From an uncultured Verrucomicrobiae bacterium (GTDB lineage Bacteria; Verrucomicrobiota; Verrucomicrobiia; Chthoniobacterales; UBA10450), in contig CAVYXA010000001.1 in the NCBI GenBank assembly GCA_963772365.1, positions 608,001-672,000 on the forward strand: a stretch of DNA of 64,000 nucleotides, given 5' to 3'. The notes beneath the pieces are model-generated. The model saw nothing but the letters and a program-made list of their open reading frames with translations. It did not search any database and was not told the origin of the DNA. Below are positions 56,984-64,000 of the stretch, piece by piece. Position numbers and translations under genes: made by a program. Numbering within the stretch: the first letter of the stretch is position 1; each line of letters starts with the position of its first letter.

Positions 56984-58600
56984 ATGAAGGGGCTCATCAC
57001 TTTTGTCTGTGCTGGCCTGCTCGTTGGATCGACATCCTACGCGCAACAAAACACTTTTACGCCCACTCCAAGGCCCTCACTTAGTCAGCCGCATCCGCCC
57101 GGTATTTCGCCCAACCCCATCGCGCCGCCACCGGTGATTCCCGTCCCGATCGTTCCGCCGCAGCCGAATGGTCCTGTGCAAAAAAGTCTGGTCCGCATCA
57201 CGACAACATCGGTGGAACCGGATTATCGCGCGCCGTGGAATGCAGGGGCAATTCAACGCGCTGTCGGGGCAGGCTTTGTCATCGATGGGCGCCGCATCAT
57301 GACCAATGCCCACGTGGTAAGTAACAGTCGCTATCTCACGGTCGAGCGCGAGGGGGATCCGAACAAATATCCGGCCCATGTCCAATTCATCGCTCACGAT
57401 TGTGATCTGGCGTTGATCACCGTTTCGGATCCAGACTTTTTCAAGAACATGATTCCGCTAAAGTTCGGCGGTATTCCGGATTTGGAATCGACGGTGTCGG
57501 CCTATGGTTATCCGATCGGCGGCGAACGAATGTCGGTGACCACCGGGATCGTTTCTCGAATTGATTTCCAACTCTACACTCACTCCGCAATCGACCAGCA
57601 TCTGGCAATCCAAATCAGCGCCCAGATCAATCCCGGCAACAGCGGCGGTCCGGTAATGCAAAACGAAAAGGTCGTGGGTGTGGCCTTCCAAGGCTACAGC
57701 GGCGATGTAGCCCAGGGAGTCGCTTACATGATTCCGACACCGGTCATCAATCGATTCTTGAAAGACATCAGCGATGGCCACTACGATAAGTATGTCGACC
57801 TTGGATTGACCTATTCCAAGCTGCAAAATCCTGCGCAGCGCAATTTTCTCGGTTTGAAAGATGACGATCGCGGCGTGTTGGTGGACACGGTCATAGAGGC
57901 CGGTCCGGCGGCTGGCAAAATCCGCTCGGGCGACGTTCTCCTCTCGATTGATGATCACCCGATTGCCAGCGATGGCAATGTCGAACTGGAAGGCACGCGC
58001 GTGGAAATGCCGGAAGTCGTCGAGCGAAAATTCAAGGGCGACTCTGTGAAATTCGATCTTCTTCGCGATAAAAAATCGGTGACCGCGAGCGTCTTACTCG
58101 GCACCGTCTGGCCCTATTTTGTTCAGGGCCACAGCTATGACATCCACCCACGCTACGTTCTGTATGGTGGGCTCCTTTTTCAGCCCCTCAATCTCGATTT
58201 GCTCGAGGCCTATGCAATGCAATTAAACGATCTCCGGATCCGGCATTTCTTCAATTATTACGTGCTGGACCAAATCTATCTTCAGCATCCCGATGTGATT
58301 ATTCTGACCAACATCCTGCCCGATCCCACGAACACATATCTAATGCCGTATCGCGGCGGGATTGTCGATGAAATCAACGGAAACAAAATCCGCACATTAG
58401 ACGAGTTAGCGAAGGCATTTTCCGAGGCACCGGATCACCTTGTCATGCGGATGGTGGGCGACGGACCACCCTTGGTGCTGGATCGCAAGAAAGTGGAAGA
58501 AGCGCGCCAGCGAATCAAGACTCGGTACAACGTGTTCAAGGAAGAGAACCTGGAAGAACAACCTGAAGCGAAAACGCCCAAGGACAGAAAGCAAATCTAG
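56984..58600 (+). CDS. Trypsin-like S1C (Deg/HtrA) serine protease with PDZ domains
   Basis: Signal peptide; catalytic triad TNAHVV / DCDLAL / INPGNSGGP. Confidence 0.93.
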   Translation: MKGLITFVCAGLLVGSTSYAQQNTFTPTPRPSLSQPHPPGISPNPIAPPPVIPVPIVPPQPNGPVQKSLVRITTTSVEPDYRAPWNAGAIQRAVGAGFVIDGRRIMTNAHVVSNSRYLTVEREGDPNKYPAHVQFIAHDCDLALITVSDPDFFKNMIPLKFGGIPDLESTVSAYGYPIGGERMSVTTGIVSRIDFQLYTHSAIDQHLAIQISAQINPGNSGGPVMQNEKVVGVAFQGYSGDVAQGVAYMIPTPVINRFLKDISDGHYDKYVDLGLTYSKLQNPAQRNFLGLKDDDRGVLVDTVIEAGPAAGKIRSGDVLLSIDDHPIASDGNVELEGTRVEMPEVVERKFKGDSVKFDLLRDKKSVTASVLLGTVWPYFVQGHSYDIHPRYVLYGGLLFQPLNLDLLEAYAMQLNDLRIRHFFNYYVLDQIYLQHPDVIILTNILPDPTNTYLMPYRGGIVDEINGNKIRTLDELAKAFSEAPDHLVMRMVGDGPPLVLDRKKVEEARQRIKTRYNVFKEENLEEQPEAKTPKDRKQI

Positions 58601-60112
58601 ATGCAAAAACGTTGGTTCTCCAGTCTGGTCGCGCTCGTTGTGATGATCGTGGTCGTTATGCCGGCCTCCGCAAAAAAGGAATCTGCTGCGCCAAATGCGA
58701 TGAGCCAGGAGAAGCAGCTTGCGCTTGTGCGCGTGAACGTGACCGGCCAGTCGTATGATTATTTTCGGCCATGGCAAAAGAAAGCGCCTTTCTCAAAAAG
58801 GGCATTAGGCGCGGTCCTCTCGAATGGACGCGTGCTCGTGACAGCCGATTTGGTGGCCAACCAAAATTATGTCGAGCTGGAACGCGCCGAGTCGGGTGAA
58901 AAGAACGCGGCCAATGTCGCGGTGATCGATTACGAAGCAAACCTCGCTCTTCTCGAACCCACGGACAAAAACTTCCTGAAAGGCATCACACCCTTGGAAA
59001 TCACCAATGACACGGTAGTGGGCGATCGGCTTGCTGCCTGGCAATTGGAACCGACCGGAGCGCTGATCGCAACGGAGGGACTCGTTACAACAATCCAGGT
59101 GATGCGATATCCCGGTGATGTCGGCCAATTCCTTACGTATCGGCTGAGCTTGTCGATGCAGTATCGCGAAAACAGTTACACGGTCCCGCTGGTCAAGAAG
59201 AATAAGCTGGCCGGCCTGCTCCTTCGTTACGACCCCCGCTCGCAACTCCTCGATGCAATCCCGGCGCCGATCATCACTCACTTTCTCAAGGAAGCTGAAA
59301 GCGGAAAGTATCGGGGGTTCCCGTCCGCCGGATTTTCCTTTTTCCCTACGCGAGACCCGGAGTTGCGGCAATTCGCGGGAGAAACGGGCAAGCCCGCCGG
59401 CGTGTACATCACCAGGGTCGAACCGAACTCGCCGGCCATGAAAGCTGGATTGCAAGTGGGTGATATCGTGACCGCGATTTCAAAAAGCCAGGTCGACGAG
59501 AATGGCAACTATGTCGATCCTCGTTACGGTAAAATCGATTTCACCAATCTCCTGACCGCGCAGGCGTTCTCCGGCGACACCGTGCCGTTCCAAATCCAGC
59601 GAAGTGGGAAACAGATGCAATTGAGCGTGACTCTCGAACACCGAGACGCGAGTGATTATGTTATTCCGCCGTATAGTTTTGACGAACCGCCGCGTTATTA
59701 CGTTCTGGGTGGTTTGATTTTTCAGGAGCTTTCGCGTCAGTATTTACGGGAATGGGGTTCGAATTGGCTTAGGGAAGCGCCTCAAAAATTTGTTTACCTC
59801 GACGAGTTTCAATCGGAACTCTTTCCGCAGGACCATCGCAAAGTCGTCATCCTCAGCCAGGTTCTGCCGGTGAACGCCACGATTGGTTATGAAGATCTCG
59901 CTTATCTCGTGGTAACAAAGGTCAATGGCAGGGAGATTCTTTCCCTGGAAGATTTGGTCGAAGCTGTCAAGCAACCGATCGAGGGCGGCTTTATCGAAAT
60001 CGAGACCGAAGAAGACCCAAAACAAATCGAGCTCAATGCTGCTCAAGCAGCAGCAGAAGCTCCTGTTTTAGAGGAAAGTTACGGGATTTCTGCGTTACAG
60101 CGCCTGCACTAA
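58601..60112 (+). CDS. Deg/HtrA-like PDZ protein with degenerate protease domain
   Basis: Paralog of the upstream gene; triad positions read VTADLV / EANLAL / RENSYTVP. Confidence 0.85.
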   Translation: MQKRWFSSLVALVVMIVVVMPASAKKESAAPNAMSQEKQLALVRVNVTGQSYDYFRPWQKKAPFSKRALGAVLSNGRVLVTADLVANQNYVELERAESGEKNAANVAVIDYEANLALLEPTDKNFLKGITPLEITNDTVVGDRLAAWQLEPTGALIATEGLVTTIQVMRYPGDVGQFLTYRLSLSMQYRENSYTVPLVKKNKLAGLLLRYDPRSQLLDAIPAPIITHFLKEAESGKYRGFPSAGFSFFPTRDPELRQFAGETGKPAGVYITRVEPNSPAMKAGLQVGDIVTAISKSQVDENGNYVDPRYGKIDFTNLLTAQAFSGDTVPFQIQRSGKQMQLSVTLEHRDASDYVIPPYSFDEPPRYYVLGGLIFQELSRQYLREWGSNWLREAPQKFVYLDEFQSELFPQDHRKVVILSQVLPVNATIGYEDLAYLVVTKVNGREILSLEDLVEAVKQPIEGGFIEIETEEDPKQIELNAAQAAAEAPVLEESYGISALQRLH

Positions 60113-60133
60113 CGCTGCGCAGGAAATCATCGC

Positions 60134-60319
60134 CTATAACCTGGCGATCGTTTCGCGAATCTCGTCCTTGGTCTGGCCTAACTTATTTTGCAAGCGACCA
60201 AGCAATTCGTCTTCCTTGCCCTCGCTGAAGGCCAGATCATCATCGCTCAACTGACCATATTTCTGTTTCAGTTTTCCCTTTACCTCGTTCCAACTGCCTT
60301 TGAATTGTAGTGTGTTCAT
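60134..60319 (-). CDS. CsbD family stress protein
   Basis: [23 protein letters not shown]...EGK...L.G.LQ motif; GGAGG RBS. Confidence 0.93.
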   Translation of the reverse strand: MNTLQFKGSWNEVKGKLKQKYGQLSDDDLAFSEGKEDELLGRLQNKLGQTKDEIRETIARL

Positions 60320-60455
60320 TTTTACCTCCATTTATTTTCGTCTTTCGAGCCCACATCGCGTGTAGAATCTCGTCCGACTCGTTTTCTTAGCGGGAAAGCG
60401 GATGGGCTGTTGATTAGGCTGGACGAAAAATGGCGCCGAGGGCACACTCGATTTT

Positions 60456-60815
60456 GTGAAATTTCGCGACCTGATACTCTGCGGGCTGATCTTGAGCGCG
60501 ATTTTGCCAACTCTGGTTTGCGCCGAAACTCAAAGCGCTGATGTCTCGCCTTACGGTCCCTACCCCGCCAATTACAAGGAGATCGTCATGAAATGGCTGG
60601 ACGCTCAATTGATCGATCCTTCTAGCGCGCGAATCGAATGGGTGGACCAACCAAAACCCGCGGATCTTGGGAACAACGACAAACATCTCTACGGCTACAT
60701 CATTCATTTTAAGGTCAATGCTCGCAATCGGTTCGGCGCCTATACCGGCAAGCAAAGCCACGCCGCTCTCATCTTTAACGGCCAGGTAATCAAGGGCCTC
60801 GGCTTCGGTTATTAA
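60456..60815 (+). CDS. Hypothetical exported protein
   Basis: Signal peptide; YGPYP, L.DP.SA and VNARNRFGAYTG segments. Confidence 0.7.
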   Translation: MKFRDLILCGLILSAILPTLVCAETQSADVSPYGPYPANYKEIVMKWLDAQLIDPSSARIEWVDQPKPADLGNNDKHLYGYIIHFKVNARNRFGAYTGKQSHAALIFNGQVIKGLGFGY

Positions 60816-60821
60816 AAACTT

Positions 60822-61325
60822 ATGAAAAACTCAAAATCGAACTGTTCGTCGCGACAAATTCGCCCGTCGGCGAATCGATCCGGGGAATCTGGCCAGGGCT
60901 TGGTCGTACTCATCATTATCCTCGCTATCATCGGCGTCGGATTTTGGTTTTTGTTCAGCAATAAAAAAACCATGGAACGAGAGGCGAACGAATTCGGCAA
61001 AGAAATGATCACAGCCCTGACCGTGAAACACGATCTGAGATTTTTTGTCGATCATCTTAGTCCGCAGATGCGTCTCGACTATCCTCCGTCTCAACAGGAA
61101 TACATCATTTCCCAGTTTCAACAGCTAGGTGCGCCGCAACAGCCGATTAAGATCGATTCAACGGTCACATTCGAATCCCAGTTTTTTTCACCGACGGGCC
61201 ATTTTACAGCTCATCTGTTCTATCCCACTCAAGCCGCCACGCTCGACATCGATGTTTCACATCCAGTCGGGAAATGGCAGTTGGACAATATGACCTTTTC
61301 GTCCGGGCAGGGCGCCGTCCAGTAA
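60822..61325 (+). CDS. Hypothetical membrane-anchored protein
   Basis: SGQG followed by a hydrophobic helix, then a small soluble domain. Confidence 0.65.
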   Translation: MKNSKSNCSSRQIRPSANRSGESGQGLVVLIIILAIIGVGFWFLFSNKKTMEREANEFGKEMITALTVKHDLRFFVDHLSPQMRLDYPPSQQEYIISQFQQLGAPQQPIKIDSTVTFESQFFSPTGHFTAHLFYPTQAATLDIDVSHPVGKWQLDNMTFSSGQGAVQ

Positions 61326-61341
61326 TCGCGGTGAAGCGCGA

Positions 61342-61956
61342 CTAAACTAAAAGCCGGTCTAGCGAATCGAGGCAAATCTGCGACCACGCTTCGAGCGAAT
61401 CGCGGCGCATTAGCAATTCCTCTTTGGATAAAAAGCTCAGGCCAGTCATCATCGCTTCGCGTTTTTCGACGTTCGGCTCAACCAGCTTGAAAACATGCAC
61501 AATCCCGAGATGGACCCGGCCGACTTCCGTGCTGTCGTCGTTTAACAGAGCCACGATTCGATCTTCATACAGACTGTCGATCTTAATTTCTTCGTTTACC
61601 TCCCGCTCGACGCCCGCGAGATACGCATCCTCGTCCCAGGCGAACAGCGATTCATCGCGATCGTTCATGTGACCACCGATTCCAATCGAGCCTTTCGCCA
61701 CCAAACGTTGTTCCCCTGCCTTTTTCCCGCGAACGTAATGGAGCACTTTGTCTTCGGACGCGATCAAAGCATAGGGAATGATCTGCTTATGCGTCGGATC
61801 AAGTTCGGCCCGACTGCGGGGCATGAAAAAATTGTTCCCGCGCGAGAGAATCTTGTTCAAATATTTCTCAGGCGCGAAATTTAGCCCGTGAAAACTGCCG
61901 AGCTGATCGAATAAAGTTCGCTTGATCACGAGGATATTTTCTTCAGGAACATTCAT
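61342..61956 (-). CDS. NUDIX-like putative phosphoesterase
   Basis: KQIIPY, E.RL...SIGIGGH, REVNEE and VGRVHLG motifs. Confidence 0.8.
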   Translation of the reverse strand: MNVPEENILVIKRTLFDQLGSFHGLNFAPEKYLNKILSRGNNFFMPRSRAELDPTHKQIIPYALIASEDKVLHYVRGKKAGEQRLVAKGSIGIGGHMNDRDESLFAWDEDAYLAGVEREVNEEIKIDSLYEDRIVALLNDDSTEVGRVHLGIVHVFKLVEPNVEKREAMMTGLSFLSKEELLMRRDSLEAWSQICLDSLDRLLV

Positions 61957-61964
61957 TCAAGGAC

Positions 61965-61987
61965 TGTAGGGCAAGCTGACAGCCTCC
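61965..61987 (+). repeat. Degenerate single copy of the TGTAGGGCAAGC REP
   Basis: tgtagggcaagc matches the first 12 nt of the mutL-internal arm at 11775. Confidence 0.6.
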
Positions 61988-62011
61988 TGGATTTATTAAA
62001 GAGAGAGGTCA

Positions 62012-62617
62012 TCAGAATGAATAACTCAATGCCACCTGGGGCCCGAGCAGATTCAAACTTGGGTTGGGATCGGTTTGTCCGCCATTAGAAAGATGTTCGT
62101 AGAGAATTCCGGCGCTTATTTTCCATTGCTCGGTCACTTTGTAGGAAAGACCGGCTGCCGCCAGAATGTTGAACGTAAAATCCTGGCCTTGTCCCCCGGG
62201 AATATTGGCGTGGCTATCGATCCAGCCTAAACCGACTCCGCCGGAAAAATAGGGCGTGAGCCGCGACCCGGGCGGAACGAAATTATAGCGAAAGCCGAAA
62301 TTCAATCCGAAATAACGATTCTCGATTCCTTCCACAATCGGCTCCGCAACCGCGCTGAGATAAAATTGATGGTAACCGCGCAACCAATCATCTCGATCCA
62401 TCACTCCCCAGCGGACGCGCCCGGTGATGAATTCGGCGGCGATTTGATAATCTTGCGGGGGATTGATCACGCCAAATAAATAGCCGGACTCGATCGCAAG
62501 CTCGTAACTTGCCGGATTGAATTCGCTCGACGCAGTTGCTCCCGGAACCGGACCTGCGAAACCTTGCGAGCAAATTCCCAGAATCAACAGGGCAGAAACA
62601 AGAGGGACCGTTCTCAT
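62012..62617 (-). CDS. Acyloxyacyl hydrolase / PagL-like outer membrane protein
   Basis: Signal peptide; GQDFTF and EHLSNGG..PNPSLN motifs; C-terminal YSF. Confidence 0.8.
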   Translation of the reverse strand: MRTVPLVSALLILGICSQGFAGPVPGATASSEFNPASYELAIESGYLFGVINPPQDYQIAAEFITGRVRWGVMDRDDWLRGYHQFYLSAVAEPIVEGIENRYFGLNFGFRYNFVPPGSRLTPYFSGGVGLGWIDSHANIPGGQGQDFTFNILAAAGLSYKVTEQWKISAGILYEHLSNGGQTDPNPSLNLLGPQVALSYSF

Positions 62618-62627
62618 CTCGCTAATG

Positions 62628-62651
62628 TGTAGCGGCGGTCTGCGACCGTCG
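62628..62651 (+). repeat. Single intergenic copy of the TGTAGCGGCGGTC REP
   Basis: tgtagcggcggtctgcgaccgtcg, 23/24 identical to 17227-17250. Confidence 0.85.
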
Positions 62652-62674
62652 CAAACTTTGTCGCCCACCGTTCA

Positions 62675-63481
62675 TCAACCTCCGGCACAAAATTCGCCAA
62701 GATCGACAGGCAACGCGCTGGTCCATTCGCATTCGTTCTCGATAGCGAGCTTTGCAGAATGCAACGCGTGGCGCGGGAGCAATAATTCTTTCTGGAGTTT
62801 CGGAGTCCAATCCGTCTTGATGAATTCGAGATAGAGTTGTTCGTTCGGGCCGTATATCTTGTCGCCAACGATCGGATGCCCGAGCGAACTAAGATGGACA
62901 CGAATCTGATGTGTCCGTCCGGTACGCGGAACTGCTCGAATCAAGCTAAACTTGCCGCCATCGCTCGATCGGGAAAAACGCCGCTCAACATGGAACTCCG
63001 TCTGCGCCGGAGCGCCGGCTGGATGGATCACTTGTTTAAGCCAAATCGCTGATGGCTGATGTTTTCCTTGTCGATCCAGGGGAGCATCGACAATCGTCTG
63101 TTCCCACTCGGGCCAACCCCAGACAATCGCGAGATACTCCTTTTTCAATCGACGTTCCTGCATCAGCAGCCCAAATCGGCGCGCTGTCACTGCGTTCTTT
63201 GCAACCAGAATCACACCGCTCGTTTCGCGGTCGAGCCGATTGATGATGGAAACCTGACCGCCGCCGGCGATTTCGAAGGCCAGCAGTTCGCGCAATTCTT
63301 TCCACAAGGTTCGTGCGGTGGTGGGCTTTGTTGGATGGACGAGAAGAAATGGCGGTTTATCGACCACGACGTAATCGTCAGTCTCGTCGATGACTTGGAA
63401 ATGGGGTGTTGCAGCAATGGAGTAATGGAATCTTGGACGCTTCAAAAATCCAATCCGCTTCCCCGCTTGACCTCGCTTCAA
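62675..63481 (-). CDS. RluA family pseudouridine synthase (start uncertain)
   Basis: VVDKP..LLVHP, NRLDRETSG, K.YLAIV and TGRTHQIRVHL..LGHPIVGD..YG motifs. Confidence 0.93.
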   Translation of the reverse strand: MKRGQAGKRIGFLKRPRFHYSIAATPHFQVIDETDDYVVVDKPPFLLVHPTKPTTARTLWKELRELLAFEIAGGGQVSIINRLDRETSGVILVAKNAVTARRFGLLMQERRLKKEYLAIVWGWPEWEQTIVDAPLDRQGKHQPSAIWLKQVIHPAGAPAQTEFHVERRFSRSSDGGKFSLIRAVPRTGRTHQIRVHLSSLGHPIVGDKIYGPNEQLYLEFIKTDWTPKLQKELLLPRHALHSAKLAIENECEWTSALPVDLGEFCAGG

Positions 63482-63529
63482 AAACCGATTTACCTAGACC
63501 CGCCCGATGTTTGAGAGCCGGGGACTATT

Positions 63530-63988
63530 GTGGAACTGAAGGACATAAAAGCCATCATCGATCTGATGAAGGAAAACGATCTTTCCATCTTCGAGATGGA
63601 AAAGGATGGCTTTCGGCTCAAACTCGAGAAGGCCGCATCTGGTCAGGCGGTTGTCTCCACTGCGTCGTCGCCTTCTCACAAAGGAGCGGTCCCGACCATG
63701 CAAACGGCGGCCGCACAGGAAGCGCAGGTTGAGGAACGAGCTGAAAAGAGCTCACTAAAGGAAATCGTTTCGCCGATGGTCGGCACATTTTATCGCGCGG
63801 GCGCGCCCGACGCGGCGCCATTTGTCGATGTCGGAGCGAGCGTGACCGAAGACACCGTGGTTTGCATTATTGAAGCAATGAAGGTGATGAACGAAATTAA
63901 AGCGGAAACCAGCGGCACCATCGCCGAAATTGTAGCCGAGAATGGAAAACCGGTGCAATTCGGGCAGGCTCTGTTCCGGGTGCGCTAA
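63530..63988 (+). CDS. accB: Acetyl-CoA carboxylase biotin carboxyl carrier protein
   Basis: SPMVGTFY and IIEAMKVMNEI motifs. Confidence 0.97.
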   Translation: MELKDIKAIIDLMKENDLSIFEMEKDGFRLKLEKAASGQAVVSTASSPSHKGAVPTMQTAAAQEAQVEERAEKSSLKEIVSPMVGTFYRAGAPDAAPFVDVGASVTEDTVVCIIEAMKVMNEIKAETSGTIAEIVAENGKPVQFGQALFRVR

Positions 63989-64000
63989 CCGAAATTGGTA

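Noticed and set aside
1..64000. Prophage, integrase, IS or RAYT transposase, tRNA and rRNA genes
   Set aside because: No such motifs were recognised; nearly all space is accounted for by other genes and the intergenic gaps are short.

Overview
This 64 kb window is a gene-dense bacterial chromosomal segment. Gene content (PEP-CTERM/exosortase, Deg-type protease pair, CHASE2 cyclase, many REP-like families) suggests Verrucomicrobiota, probably Chthoniobacterales-like; this is inference, not a database result. It carries: the end of an exopolysaccharide locus with exosortase/EpsI (1-10.9 kb); mutL and an A-type Fe-S carrier; lipid A genes (ArnT-like, lpxB, GnnA-like oxidoreductase, PagL-like); fcl, an ALDH fragment with thymidine phosphorylase, thiH-thiS and mreBCD-mrdA-rng; a PEP-CTERM protein, rpe, a secretin and GspE ATPase, mpl, aroF, purB, an ABC exporter, rluA and accB. 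Three toxin-antitoxin-type modules are present: MNT-HEPN, Xre-RES and an unannotated MenA1/MenT1-like pair. The most notable observations are (i) several distinct palindromic REP/REPIN families, some lying in frame inside mutL and the ArnT-like gene or overlapping gene termini; (ii) a textbook sigma-54 promoter with two phased enhancer palindromes driving a 60-aa unknown protein; (iii) the MenAT1-like nucleotidyltransferase pair; and (iv) an abutting active/pseudo Deg protease pair. Three genes have single-base frameshifts, which may be sequencing errors. I saw no rRNA, tRNA, CRISPR array, integrase or transposase. All calls rest on motif recognition by eye.
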